64,000 nucleotides of DNA from an uncultured delta proteobacterium (lineage in GTDB: Bacteria; Myxococcota_A; UBA9160; SZUA-336): contig CAVPHD010000005.1 of NCBI GenBank assembly GCA_963704165.1, forward strand, positions 224,001-288,000, written 5' to 3'. Numbering within the stretch: the first letter of the stretch is position 1; each line of letters starts with the position of its first letter. This document shows, in pieces, positions 28,988 through 39,050 of the stretch. The notes under the pieces were generated by a model. That model had not been told where the DNA came from. It made no database searches and saw only the letters and a program-made list of their open reading frames with translations. A program made the translations under genes and the position numbers.

Positions 28988-30052
28988 TCATTCCTTCGGC
29001 AACAGGGCTTCGAAGCGCGCCTTCTCGGTGGCCTTCAGGTAGGCGTCGTGCGGGGTGACGCGCTTGCTCTGCACGAGCTCGAAGAGCGCGTCGTCCATCA
29101 GCTGCATGCCGTCCTGTTTGCCCTGCTGGATGAACGAGCCGAGCATCGAGACGTTCGCCTCGCGGATGATGTTCGGCAGCGCCTTCGTCTTCAGCATGAT
29201 CTCGTTCGCGGGGACGCGATCCTTGCCGTCGGCGGCGGGCAGCAGTAGCTGCGAGACGACGGCGGCCAGGGAGTCGGCGAGCGAGAGGCGCGCTTGCGCC
29301 TGCTCGTCGGCGGGAAACGTGTCGATGATGCGGTCGATCGTCTTGGGGGCGCTGTTCGTGTGCAGCGTTCCGAAGACGAGCAGGCCCATTTCGGCTGCGG
29401 TCAACGCCAGTGAGATCGTCTCGTAGTCGCGCATCTCGCCGACGAGGACCACGTCGGCGTCCTGGCGGATCGCGGCGCGAAGACCCGGGCCGAAGCCCTT
29501 CGTGTGCGAGCCGATCTCGCGATGCGAGAAGATGCTCTTCTGGTTCTGGTGCACGAACTCGATCGGCTCCTCGAGCGTGAGGATGTGTCTCGAGCGGGTG
29601 CGGTTGATTCGATCGATGATGGCTGCCAGCGTCGTCGACTTCCCCGAGCCCGTCGGTCCGGTCACGACGACCAGGCCCTTGCGGAGCTCGGCGAGCGACT
29701 CGATCGCCTTCGGCAGCTTAAGATCCTCGAGCGGGACGATCTTCTCGGGGATCATTCGGAGAACGGCCCCCGCGCCGCGCTCCTGCACGAAGAAGTTCGC
29801 GCGAAAGCGCGCCACGCTCTCGAGCCCATAGGCGAAGTCGAGGTCGTGGCATTCCGTGTAGCTGGCCCACTGCGCTTCGGTCGTGATCTCGCGCATCAGC
29901 TTGCGCAGGCCCGCGTCGTCGAGTGGCGTCGCCCCTGCGACCGGACGCAGCTCGCCGTTCACGCGCACGCGAGGATCGATCCCCGCGGCCAGATGCAGGT
30001 CGGACCCGCCGTGCTGCTTCAAGTACCGAAGAAGGTCGTCGATCTGCGCCAA
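28988..30052 (-). CDS. pilT: Type IV pilus retraction ATPase PilT
   Basis: SDLHL, GPTGSGKSTT, LEEPIE, LVGEMRD, GTLHT, GMQLMD. Confidence 0.92.
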   Translation of the reverse strand: MAQIDDLLRYLKQHGGSDLHLAAGIDPRVRVNGELRPVAGATPLDDAGLRKLMREITTEAQWASYTECHDLDFAYGLESVARFRANFFVQERGAGAVLRMIPEKIVPLEDLKLPKAIESLAELRKGLVVVTGPTGSGKSTTLAAIIDRINRTRSRHILTLEEPIEFVHQNQKSIFSHREIGSHTKGFGPGLRAAIRQDADVVLVGEMRDYETISLALTAAEMGLLVFGTLHTNSAPKTIDRIIDTFPADEQAQARLSLADSLAAVVSQLLLPAADGKDRVPANEIMLKTKALPNIIREANVSMLGSFIQQGKQDGMQLMDDALFELVQSKRVTPHDAYLKATEKARFEALLPKE

Positions 30053-30068
30053 CCCGTTCCCCTCGTTC

Positions 30069-31565
30069 CTACGTGCTCGGGATCAGTTTCGGATCGTCGG
30101 CGTGCAGAAGGGCGTCTTCGCGCGTCACGTCTCCCGACTTCACGAGCTGCATCAGCGACGTGTCGAGCAGGTTCATTCCCTGAGCGCTGCCCGTCTGCAT
30201 CATCGATCGGATCTGGATCGTTTCGTTCTTCCGGATCAGATTTCCGACGGCGCGGTTCATGGTCAGAACCTCGACCGCAGGGGTCATGCCCTTTCCATTG
30301 GCGCGCGGCAGCAGGCGCTGCGAGACGACCGCGCGCAGCGACTCCGAGAGCATCGCGCGGGCCTGTTCCTGTTGGTCGGGCGGGAACGATCCGATCATCC
30401 GATTCACGGTGCGCAGCGCGTTGTCGGTGTGCAGCGTCGCGAGCACGAGGTGCCCGGTCTCCGCGGCGGTCATGGCGAGCGAGATCGTCTCGCGGTCACG
30501 CAACTCCCCGATCACGATCACGTCGGGATCTTCGCGGAGTGCAGCTCGAAGCGCGCGCGCGAAGGACTCGGTGTGCCGCTTCACGTGGCGCTGATTCACG
30601 ATGCAGCGCTTCGAGGGGTGGAGGTACTCGATCGGGTCCTCGACCGTCAGGATGTGCTCGGCGCGCTCCTCGTTGATCAGATTCACGAGCGCGGCCATCG
30701 TCGAGGACTTCCCGCACGCCGAAGGACCGGTGATCAGCACCATGCCTTGGTGGAAGTTCACGAACTTCGCGAACGCCGACGGCAGCCGCAGATCCGCCAA
30801 CGTCGGCGGTTGGAGGGAGATGCGCCGCAGGGTCGCATCGAGCCCGCGGAGCTGGCGATAGACGTTCAAGCGGAAACGCGCGAGACCCTTGACGGTGTAG
30901 CTGAGGTCGATCTCGCCGTCGGACTCGAGTACCGCGCGCTCGTCCGCCGACAGAATCGGAAGGATCAGTCGCTCCGCATCGGCCTGCGTGACCTTCGTGT
31001 CGGGCACCTCACACAACGCGCCTCGCACTCGCACGTGCATCGTCGCGCCGCTGTGCAGGTGAACGTCGCTCGCGCCCCGGCCGGCGGCTTCGATCAACAG
31101 CGTGTCGAGACCGCGATCGAGAGCAATCGCGCCCATCGCGCTCGTCGTCGGGTTCGGGCGCGCGGGAATCGGGCTCACCTCGCGTGCCGTCGCCGGGGCG
31201 GGGACGGCCTTCCGCGCATGCTCGCGGGCGGCCTGACCGTCCGTTTCCGTCCCGATCTCGACGGCGGGGCGCGCGACCGGCGGGGTCTGCGCAGCGACTC
31301 GAGGCTTCACCGCCGATTCGCCCGCGGCGGCCTTCTTCTGCTCGGCTCGCTCCAGGACGGCCTTCTGCAGATCGAGCGCCCGCTGGAGCTGCGTCGGGGA
31401 GAGAAATCCGAGCTCGACGAGCACTTCGCCCAACCGTTTCTCGACTCCACTGCGGCCCTGCTCGCGTGTCGCCTGCGCGAGCTGATCGACCGTGATCAGC
31501 TTCGCCGACAGCGCCACGCGGCCGAGCAGCTGGTCGGACGCGTCGGTGGTCGGGGAGTTGGGCAT
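30069..31565 (-). CDS. PilT/PilU family ATPase with N-terminal MshEN-like domain
   Basis: RLGEVLVELGFLSPTQLQRALDLQ; ASDVHL, GPSACGKSST, EDPIE, REDPDVIVIGELRD, AAETGHLVLATLHT. Confidence 0.9.
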   Translation of the reverse strand: MPNSPTTDASDQLLGRVALSAKLITVDQLAQATREQGRSGVEKRLGEVLVELGFLSPTQLQRALDLQKAVLERAEQKKAAAGESAVKPRVAAQTPPVARPAVEIGTETDGQAAREHARKAVPAPATAREVSPIPARPNPTTSAMGAIALDRGLDTLLIEAAGRGASDVHLHSGATMHVRVRGALCEVPDTKVTQADAERLILPILSADERAVLESDGEIDLSYTVKGLARFRLNVYRQLRGLDATLRRISLQPPTLADLRLPSAFAKFVNFHQGMVLITGPSACGKSSTMAALVNLINEERAEHILTVEDPIEYLHPSKRCIVNQRHVKRHTESFARALRAALREDPDVIVIGELRDRETISLAMTAAETGHLVLATLHTDNALRTVNRMIGSFPPDQQEQARAMLSESLRAVVSQRLLPRANGKGMTPAVEVLTMNRAVGNLIRKNETIQIRSMMQTGSAQGMNLLDTSLMQLVKSGDVTREDALLHADDPKLIPST

Positions 31566-31626
31566 GGGCGGCTGAGGTATCGGCAGCCGTTCGGTGCGTT
31601 GTGAGGGACGGGGGGCCTGCGATTGG

Positions 31627-31741
31627 ATGTGGCGAACACCCCACGATCCGACTCCAGGGTCGGGGCGAATGTGGCGAAAACCCTGCAGCGTGCAGCAGAT
31701 CGGCAAGCCAGCGCATTTAGATCAGATATTTCAACTAGTTA
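31627..31741. promoter_or_regulatory. Tandem activator-like sites plus IHF-like site in the divergent pilT / PEP-CTERM intergenic region
   Basis: ATGTGGCGAACACCC (31627) and ATGTGGCGAAAACCC (31669), 42 bp apart; TTTCAACTAGTTA (31729-31741) is one mismatch from WATCAAN4TTR. Confidence 0.5.
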
Positions 31742-31880
31742 GACGAGATCGGCGACACCGGGGAAGGCGTTTCCGGAGCGCGGGGATCGACACGAAGAGC
31801 CGCTGGCGCGTCACGCGACGCTGTAGTTTCCCACTCTCATGCGGTAGGCTGGTGAAATCGCCTCGGAGGGACCCCCCGTA

Positions 31881-32576
31881 ATGCTCATGCGGAAGTTGCT
31901 CGGATTCTGTACCCGGGCGCCAGCAGCGTTCGTCGCCTTGGCGCTGGGATTGGTCGCCCAGCCAAGCTTCGCATTGCCCGTCGTGTGCGAGCCGCCGGCT
32001 TGCGTCACCTGGGACTCCGGTACGAACGCCACCGGCAACAAGTACAGCTTCATCGCGTTGACCTACACGACGACGTGGACCGAAGCGGATGCGCTCGCGA
32101 AGGCGTCGCGTCTCTCCGACGGAAGCATCGGCCAGCTGGCGACGATCGCTTCCCAGGAGGAGCAGGACTTCATCAAGAACGCGGTGCTTCCGCCTACGGG
32201 AATCGGCGTGAACAAGAATCAGGTCTGGCTCGGCGGCAAGCAGGACGAGAATCAGTCCCCCTCCGCCGGCTGGAAGTGGCTGGTGAATTCCGAAGTGGCG
32301 CCGGAGGGTTGGGACTACCAGAACTGGACCTCGCCGGACGAGCCGAACGACGAGGGCGGCATCAACGAACGATTCCTCACGATGTGGGTTCACTACTACA
32401 AGAACGGTGGGGATTGGCGCGGCACCTGGAACGACGAGCGAGACGTCGCGAATCCCGCGTCGCGAATCATTGGAATGATCGTCGAGTGGTGCCAGCCGAG
32501 CGTTCCCGAACCTGGGACCGCGGCGCTCGTCATCGCCGGCCTGGGTCTGCTCTCGCTACGCCGCCGGATTCGCTGA
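31881..32576 (+). CDS. PEP-CTERM protein with C-type lectin-like domain
   Basis: Signal peptide; TWTEA...LATIASQEEQDFI...WLGG...YQNW...EPN...WND; C-terminal VPEPGTAALVIAGLGLLSLRRRIR. Confidence 0.88.
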   Translation: MLMRKLLGFCTRAPAAFVALALGLVAQPSFALPVVCEPPACVTWDSGTNATGNKYSFIALTYTTTWTEADALAKASRLSDGSIGQLATIASQEEQDFIKNAVLPPTGIGVNKNQVWLGGKQDENQSPSAGWKWLVNSEVAPEGWDYQNWTSPDEPNDEGGINERFLTMWVHYYKNGGDWRGTWNDERDVANPASRIIGMIVEWCQPSVPEPGTAALVIAGLGLLSLRRRIR

Positions 32577-32625
32577 AGACGCCTGCGCACTGCGCCCCGC
32601 TGTAGACTCGATTCGAGGAGCTTCG

Positions 32626-33477
32626 ATGTCGGAGGCCCCGATCGACCGGCGCGTGCGCGCCCATGGGCTAGAGCTGCACTATCTGGACTGGGCGGGAACG
32701 GCCGGCCCGCCCGCGATCGCTTTGCACGGCTTCGCGCTGAACTGTCACTCGTGGGACGAGGTGGCCCCTAGGCTGCGCTCGCGCCTCCATCTGCTCGCGT
32801 TCGACCAACGCGGACACGGTCTGTCGGATCGCGCGCCGCACGTCGAGGACTACACGCGAGAGAACATGGTCGCGGATCTCGAGTGCGCGACGCGTGAGCT
32901 CGGCCTGGCACCTGCGGTCGTGATCGGTCACAGCATGGGCGGCATGAACGCAATGACGTTCGCGGCGCGCAATCCCGACCGCGTTCGCGCGCTCGTGCTC
33001 GTGGACGTCGGGCCCGAGGTGAGCGTCGATGGCGCTCGTGAAGTCGGCCGCTTCGTCGCCGGACCCTATGAGCTCGACTCACTCGACGCTTGGGTCGAGC
33101 ACACCCACCGCTACTACCCGTGGCGCTCGAAGGAGCGCATTCGGTCGCGTCTTGCCGTCTCGCTCCGCGAGACACCGGACGGCCGACTGGCGAAGCAATA
33201 CGACGCGCGCTTTCGGGACGGATTCCGAGGCATCACCGAGTCGCGCACCGATCCATACGAGGTCGCGCGCGCCCTTCGCTGCCCGACCCTGCTCGTGCAC
33301 GGCGCGTCGAGCCCGGTATTGACGCGCGAGATGGCGGAGCGTTTCGCTGCCGCCGTGGACTGCGTCGAACTCGTGAGCATTCCGGGTGCGAGCCACTCCG
33401 TCGCCGGCGATGAGCCCGAGGCGTTCGTAGCGGCCGTGGAAGCCTTCCTCGACTCGGCTCTTGGCACTTCCGCGTGA
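32626..33477 (+). CDS. Alpha/beta fold hydrolase
   Basis: LHGF, DQRGHGLS, GHSMGG, SH near the C-terminus. Confidence 0.9.
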   Translation: MSEAPIDRRVRAHGLELHYLDWAGTAGPPAIALHGFALNCHSWDEVAPRLRSRLHLLAFDQRGHGLSDRAPHVEDYTRENMVADLECATRELGLAPAVVIGHSMGGMNAMTFAARNPDRVRALVLVDVGPEVSVDGAREVGRFVAGPYELDSLDAWVEHTHRYYPWRSKERIRSRLAVSLRETPDGRLAKQYDARFRDGFRGITESRTDPYEVARALRCPTLLVHGASSPVLTREMAERFAAAVDCVELVSIPGASHSVAGDEPEAFVAAVEAFLDSALGTSA

Positions 33478-33752
33478 GCGATCTGCACGCGCTCTTCGAT
33501 CCGGTCTGGGTTCGGATCGAGGCGCACGCGGGTGGCTTCTTCAAGACCGACGGGGGCCGCTGGTTCACGTACAAGATCGATGGCTCATTCGTCCTGCCGA
33601 GCCAGACGGAGGTGCGCATTCCGCGCTCGGACTTCGAGTTGGCGTTCCCGCTTCTGCCCGTGCGCGCGGCGAAGCTGAACAAGTTCGTGAAGGGCCCCGC
33701 GTACGTCTGGGCGATCCTGCACGACCCTCGGATCTCGAACGGGGAGTGGTGA
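33474..33752 (+). CDS. Hypothetical protein (92 aa)
   Basis: GTGA overlap with the upstream stop; protein-like composition, ends GPAYVWAILHDPRI. Confidence 0.65.
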   Translation: MSDLHALFDPVWVRIEAHAGGFFKTDGGRWFTYKIDGSFVLPSQTEVRIPRSDFELAFPLLPVRAAKLNKFVKGPAYVWAILHDPRISNGEW

Positions 33753-33763
33753 GGACGAGCGGA

Positions 33764-34570
33764 TCAGCCGCCTCGCAGCCAGCCGCACCCGTGCAGCGTC
33801 CGTCGGATCTCGTCGCCGAACACCGCCGGCGGATCCATCTCCTGCGTCATCACCGCGACGCCGTCCGCGAGCCCCGACGCCCGTAGCGCGTCGAGGGTCG
33901 CTTCGAAGAGCGCAAAGCCGCTCGCCGTGCCGCCTCGCACGAGCTTCGCGACGAAGGCGTCGGGAAGCGGTACACGCAGGCGAAGCGCGAGCTTCTCCGC
34001 GGACGCGGCCGAGACGACCGGAATCACCATCGGCACGATCGAGACGTCGGGCGCGCGTGCCCGGATCCGTTCTGCGACACGTTGAAGTGTCGAGACCTCG
34101 AAGATCGGCTGGGTCTGTACGAACGTCGCACCCGCGTCCAGCTTCGGCCAGAGATTGGCGAGCGAACGCTCCGGATCGAGATACGGATTCAGCGTGACGC
34201 CGACTCGGGCGAAGGGAAGCGCGGTGCGAATGCGCCCGGCGATCGTTCGGAGCGTGGGGGTGTCGGTCCCGTCCGGAGGACCGGCCTCGCCTCGAACGAC
34301 GAGCGCGGCCTTCACGCCGGACTCGGCGGCGCGCGCGATCTCGGCATCGATCTCGGCGGATGCGCGGCCGCGATTGGTGACGTGCCAGACGGCGGAGACC
34401 CCCGCGTCTTCGAGCTCGATCGAGGCGTCGAGGCTCGTCTGCCGCCCGGGGCGCTGAATCACGTGCACGGTCGAAGCGGAGCTTCCGAGCAGGCGCGCCC
34501 GGCGCAGCAGGACTTCCGCCCGCTGCCGCGCGGGCGGCGTGATCTCCAGAGCGACACCGTACGGCGTCAC
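33764..34570 (-). CDS. Methylenetetrahydrofolate reductase (MetF)-like protein
   Basis: ALEITPP, WHVTNRGR, ALVVRGE, KLDAGATFVQTQPIF; GTGA overlap with the LysR stop. Confidence 0.72.
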   Translation of the reverse strand: MTPYGVALEITPPARQRAEVLLRRARLLGSSASTVHVIQRPGRQTSLDASIELEDAGVSAVWHVTNRGRASAEIDAEIARAAESGVKAALVVRGEAGPPDGTDTPTLRTIAGRIRTALPFARVGVTLNPYLDPERSLANLWPKLDAGATFVQTQPIFEVSTLQRVAERIRARAPDVSIVPMVIPVVSAASAEKLALRLRVPLPDAFVAKLVRGGTASGFALFEATLDALRASGLADGVAVMTQEMDPPAVFGDEIRRTLHGCGWLRGG

Positions 34571-35475
34571 TCGGAGTCCCCGAGCTCGGAGACCAGCGTC
34601 TCGCGGAAGGCCTCGAGCGTCGCGTTTCTCCAGGCGCCCGCCGATTCCTCGAGCCAGACCGCATCGTCGAGGTCGGTGCGCGGACCGCGGATCTCGTGCA
34701 GGTCGCCGGCACGGATGTGCGGTTCTGCGAGCGATCGAGGCAGGACGGCCGCGCCCGCACCGAGCAGCGCGAGTTCGAGGGCCATGTCCGTCGTCGCTGC
34801 CCAGACCTTCACGTCGGCCGAGACGCGGCGACGCGGGAAGTGGTGCGCGAGCCAACGCCCGATCAGCGGGGTCGCGGGGTAGTAATCGACGACGGCGCGA
34901 CCGCGGATCCACTCGGAATCGATCCGCCCGCGCGGTGGCCGCTCGTTCGAGACGAGAACGAGCTTCTGGCGAAAAAGGACGCTCGAGCGGATGCGCTTCG
35001 AGGCGAATCGGCCTCCCCGCAAACTCAACGCGAAGTCGAGGCGATTGCCGACGAGAAGCTCGCGAAGCTCCGCGTGCGATCCGAAACCGAGCTTCACGGT
35101 CGCCTCTGGATACCGCGACGTGAAGGCGGCGACGATTCGCGCGACTTGCGCCCGAGACGCGCCGAGGAAGAGGCCGAGCCGGGCGACGCCGCGCACCGCT
35201 CGCTCCTCGTTCACGACCTGTGCGAGCGCGTGGCGAAGCTCCTCGTTCACGGGGCCGAAGAGCCGCGCCAGCGTGCGGCCCTCGCCGGTCAGGACCAGCC
35301 GCCGGCCGACGCGGTCGAAGAGGCGAACTCCCAGCGATGCCTCGAGCGCAGCGAGGCTCTGGCTCACCGCGGAGCGCGTGAGCGAGAGCTGGCGCGCGGC
35401 GCTGCTGACGCCACCGCGCTCCGCGACCGCGGCGAACGTCCGCAGCTTGTTGAGGTCGATCCTGTCAAGATCCAC
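34567..35475 (-). CDS. LysR family transcriptional regulator
   Basis: DLNKLRTFAAVAERGGVSSAARQLSLTRSAVSQ...LFDRVGRRLVLTGEG. Confidence 0.93.
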   Translation of the reverse strand: MDLDRIDLNKLRTFAAVAERGGVSSAARQLSLTRSAVSQSLAALEASLGVRLFDRVGRRLVLTGEGRTLARLFGPVNEELRHALAQVVNEERAVRGVARLGLFLGASRAQVARIVAAFTSRYPEATVKLGFGSHAELRELLVGNRLDFALSLRGGRFASKRIRSSVLFRQKLVLVSNERPPRGRIDSEWIRGRAVVDYYPATPLIGRWLAHHFPRRRVSADVKVWAATTDMALELALLGAGAAVLPRSLAEPHIRAGDLHEIRGPRTDLDDAVWLEESAGAWRNATLEAFRETLVSELGDSE

Positions 35476-35558
35476 TGGACGAACCTGGCTGACAATTCAG
35501 CTCGCCTAATCTACCAGAATCCCGCTACGATCCCCGGCGAGCACCGATCGGAGACGAG

Positions 35559-35933
35559 TTGGCCGTTCTCGAGTTCAGGGGAGCGCGATTGGAGGTGCAG
35601 CTCGGCTGCACGGATTCCGAGCGAGCGCGGCCGCAGGCGGTCGATCTCGATCTCGCGATCCGCTTTGCCGAGCTGCCGAGCGCCTGCACGAGCGACAAGC
35701 TCGCGGACACGGTCTGCTACGCCGAGCTGATCGAGGTCGCGCGGTCGCTCTGCGCGGGGCGCGAGTTCCATCTGGTGGAGCGCCTTGCCCACGAGCTCTT
35801 CGGCCGTCTGCGCGTCCTCGTTCCGCCCGGTGCCGATCTCTGGCTCCGGGTGACGAAGCTCCACCCGCCGGTCGACGGGCTCGCGGGCGGGGTGGCCTTC
35901 TCGCTCGGCGAATTCGACGGATCCACCCGCTAG
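35559..35933 (+). CDS. folB: Dihydroneopterin aldolase
   Basis: [35 protein letters not shown]. Confidence 0.85.
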   Translation: MAVLEFRGARLEVQLGCTDSERARPQAVDLDLAIRFAELPSACTSDKLADTVCYAELIEVARSLCAGREFHLVERLAHELFGRLRVLVPPGADLWLRVTKLHPPVDGLAGGVAFSLGEFDGSTR

Positions 35934-35943
35934 AATCACGTCC

Positions 35944-37302
35944 GTGGCCCAGTACGACTTCGACCTGTTCACCATCGGCGCGGGCTCCGGCGGCGTGCGT
36001 GCGAGCCGGATGTCCGCTGGCTACGGCGCACGGGTCGCGGTGGCCGAGGAAAGCCATCTCGGCGGGACGTGCGTCAACGTCGGCTGCATCCCGAAAAAGC
36101 TCCTCGTCTACGCATCGGAGTACGCGGAGCACTTTGCGGACGCCGCAGGCTTCGGTTGGAGCGTGGGCGAGAGCACGTTCGATTGGGCCCGCCTGATCGA
36201 GAACAAGGATCGGGAGATCGCTCGGCTGAATTCGGTGTACGCGCGCCTGCTCGACGAAGCGGGGGTGAAGCGGGTCGAAGGCCGCGCGCGCATCGTCGAT
36301 CCCCACACCGTAGAAGTCTCGGGACGCACCTACACCGCGGCAAACCTGCTGGTCGCGACGGGAGGCTGGCCCTCGCTTCCCGCGATTCCCGGAATCGAGC
36401 ACGCGATCACCTCGAACGAGGCGTTCCACCTGAAGGAGCTTCCGCGGAGCGTCGTCGTGGTCGGCGGTGGCTACATCGCCGTCGAGTTCGCCGGTATCTT
36501 CAATGGCCTCGGCTCTCTCACCACCGAGCTGTATCGCGGTGAGCTCTTCATGCGTGGATTCGACGAGGACCTTCGGCGCGCACTGGCGGAAGAGATGAGG
36601 AGGAAGGGCGTCGATCTTCGCTTCGGCGCCAACGTCGCTCGAATCGAGAAGCGAGGCGGAGCGCTTCGGGTTCGGCTCGAAGACGAGTCCGTGATCGAAG
36701 CCGAGCAGGTCCTCTACGCGACCGGACGCGTTCCCAAGGTCGCCGGGCTCGGCCTGGAGCAGGCCGGCGTGGCGCTCGACCGCGTCGGCGCCGTCATCGT
36801 CGATGCCTTCATGCGCACGTCCGTGCCGAGCATCTGGGCGATCGGGGACGTCACCAACCGGTTGAACCTGACGCCGGTTGCGATTCACGAAGGCATGGCG
36901 GTCGCAGCCACGCTCTTCGCGGGCCGTCCCACGCCGCCCGATCACGACGACGTCCCCACGGCCGTGTTCAGCCAGCCGTCGATCGGAACCGTCGGATTGA
37001 CCGAGTCCGCCGCACGCGAGACGTTGGGCGAGGTCGACATCTACCGCACGAGCTTTCGATCGCTGCGAAACACGCTGACCGGGAGCGAGGAGAAGACGCT
37101 GATGAAGCTCGTGGTCGATCGCGCGAGCCAGCGCGTCGTCGGCGCGCACATGCTCGGACCCGAGGCTGGCGAGATCATTCAGGGTGTCGCGATCGCGATG
37201 AAGTGCCGCGCGACCAAGGCCATCTTCGATTCCACGCTCGGAATCCATCCGACCGCGGCGGAGGAGTTCGTGACCATGCGAACCCCGGTCGCGAACGCGT
37301 GA
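35944..37302 (+). CDS. gor: Glutathione-disulfide reductase
   Basis: [44 protein letters not shown]. Confidence 0.93.
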   Translation: MAQYDFDLFTIGAGSGGVRASRMSAGYGARVAVAEESHLGGTCVNVGCIPKKLLVYASEYAEHFADAAGFGWSVGESTFDWARLIENKDREIARLNSVYARLLDEAGVKRVEGRARIVDPHTVEVSGRTYTAANLLVATGGWPSLPAIPGIEHAITSNEAFHLKELPRSVVVVGGGYIAVEFAGIFNGLGSLTTELYRGELFMRGFDEDLRRALAEEMRRKGVDLRFGANVARIEKRGGALRVRLEDESVIEAEQVLYATGRVPKVAGLGLEQAGVALDRVGAVIVDAFMRTSVPSIWAIGDVTNRLNLTPVAIHEGMAVAATLFAGRPTPPDHDDVPTAVFSQPSIGTVGLTESAARETLGEVDIYRTSFRSLRNTLTGSEEKTLMKLVVDRASQRVVGAHMLGPEAGEIIQGVAIAMKCRATKAIFDSTLGIHPTAAEEFVTMRTPVANA

Positions 37303-37353
37303 GAGCGGGCGCGCAGCGTTACACGGAACGGTGGAAGGATCTGCCGATGCACG

Positions 37354-37383
37354 TTGACACGCCGGAGTTGGTTCGGATAGCGT
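37354..37383 (+). promoter_or_regulatory. Putative sigma-70 promoter of the metal uptake operon
   Basis: TTGACA-N18-TAGCGT. Confidence 0.45.
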
Positions 37384-37391
37384 CGCCGCAG

Positions 37392-37715
37392 GTGGTCGGG
37401 ATCATTCGGACGGACGGGCGACCGCGACGCGCAGCGCAGCTCCGCAGCATTGCGCTCGTCGCCCTGCTCGCCATCGCATCGACCGCGCTGCTACCCCTCG
37501 TGCACGCTTCATTCGACCACGCAGGCGATTGCGGTGTCTGCAGCGTCTTCGCGCACGATGCGAGCAGCGTCGCCGACGTCGGTCCGAATCCCGGGCTTGC
37601 GCCGACCTCCGTCGGCCCCGAGGTCGACGCATGCGAACCCGAGGCGGCTCTCCCGCGCCTCTCGGTCGACCGTCACGGCGCGCGCGCACCTCCCGCGATC
37701 TTCGTCGCCGTCTGA
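37392..37715 (+). CDS. DUF2946/CruR-like leader protein (TM helix, CxxC, C-terminal RAPP)
   Basis: IALVALLAIASTALLPLVH...DHAGDCGVC...HGARAPPAIFVAV; start uncertain (GTG 37392 or ATG 37347). Confidence 0.7.
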   Translation: MVGIIRTDGRPRRAAQLRSIALVALLAIASTALLPLVHASFDHAGDCGVCSVFAHDASSVADVGPNPGLAPTSVGPEVDACEPEAALPRLSVDRHGARAPPAIFVAV

Positions 37716-37793
37716 GTCGAACTCCACGACCGTTGCCCAGCGCCCGCGCCGCGCGGACGGCTCTTCGGGCAAGCTCTACCCGACGGAGGATGC

Positions 37794-39050
37794 ATGACCC
37801 ACGCCCGAACTCACGTATGCGTTGCCGCATTCGCACTCGCGATCTCACTCGCACCGGAAAACGCCTCGAGCGCGGAGAGCGAGGTCGACCTGCTCCGAAG
37901 CGAACTCTCGACGACGAAGAGGGACCTCGCGGAGACGCGAGAAGTGCTCGCGCGCACGATCCAGCTCGTTGACGACCTCTCGCGCAAGGTCGACGACGTC
38001 GCCTCTCGCGCGAAGTCCGAGGACGAATCGCGCGTGCCGAAAGCCGACGAGACCGCGCGATTGCCGCCGGTGAATGCGAACAACCCGGCGATCAGCTTCG
38101 TGGTCGATGGCAAGGCGCGATCGGACACCTCGGGCGATGGGGGCGTCGGCTTCCTGCTCGGATCCGCGGAGCTCTTCATCTCCGCGCCGATCGATCCCTG
38201 GCTGCGCGGCTACATCAGCATCAACGCGACGAGCGACGATTCGTTCGACGTCGAGGAGGCCGCGCTCGTGACGACCGCGCTCCCGTGGAATCTCGAAGTG
38301 AAGGGTGGCCGGCTCTTCGCGGACGTCGGCCGATTTCCACACTGGCACGACGAGGCGCTGCCGTTCGCGGAGCGACCCCAATCGATCGATCGCATCTTCG
38401 GGGGCGAGACGGGCGCGGAGGGAGTCGAGATCTCGTGGCTCGCACCGATCGACCACTTCGTCGCGCTGAAGGCGGGCGTCTACAATTCGATCGGGGAGCT
38501 TCCGGAGGGGTTCGAGAGCTTCGTCGGGCAGCCGTCGTACAGCGAGCTCACGTATCTGCTCCGCCCCCACACCTACGTCGACCTCACCGACAGCCTCAAC
38601 GCGGAATTCGGCGGCAGCTACGTCGCGGCTCCGAGCGAAACGCGAAGGCGGCTCTACGGCGTCGACGTCGTACTTCGGCACCAGCCCGGCTCGAGCTCGT
38701 TCTACCAGGGAACCGCCGTCGGTTCGGAGTGGTACTGGAACGATCAGGAGTTCCTCGACGCGGGGGGCGGCTCGAGTCGCTTCCGACGCAACGGCGGCTA
38801 CGCGTATTTCGAGAGCTTCTTCGGACGCTCGTTCTCGGCTGGTCTTCTCTTCGATCACGCCGAGGAGATCGCCGACGACACGCTCCGTGAGAACACCTAC
38901 GCCGGATTCGTCACGTGGAAGCCCTCGGAGTTCCAGCGCCTGCGCTTCCAACTCGGCGAGATCGACCAACCCGGGCCCAACGATCTGCGCTTCTGGCTGC
39001 AGTGGACCGCCTTCATCGGGAGTCACACGCATGGCTTCGCCAATCGCTAG
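37794..39050 (+). CDS. Outer-membrane beta-barrel protein associated with a metal ABC transporter
   Basis: Signal peptide, coiled coil, NPAISFVVD, APIDPW, VEEAAL, WKPSEFQRLRFQ, C-terminal IGSHTHGF. Confidence 0.7.
   Translation: MTHARTHVCVAAFALAISLAPENASSAESEVDLLRSELSTTKRDLAETREVLARTIQLVDDLSRKVDDVASRAKSEDESRVPKADETARLPPVNANNPAISFVVDGKARSDTSGDGGVGFLLGSAELFISAPIDPWLRGYISINATSDDSFDVEEAALVTTALPWNLEVKGGRLFADVGRFPHWHDEALPFAERPQSIDRIFGGETGAEGVEISWLAPIDHFVALKAGVYNSIGELPEGFESFVGQPSYSELTYLLRPHTYVDLTDSLNAEFGGSYVAAPSETRRRLYGVDVVLRHQPGSSSFYQGTAVGSEWYWNDQEFLDAGGGSSRFRRNGGYAYFESFFGRSFSAGLLFDHAEEIADDTLRENTYAGFVTWKPSEFQRLRFQLGEIDQPGPNDLRFWLQWTAFIGSHTHGFANR

Noticed and set aside
28251..29248. ORF-track calls 28251-28919 (-) and 28400-29248 (+)
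   Set aside because: Wrong frames; the coding frame is the TGA-containing DsbA-family gene 28343-28957
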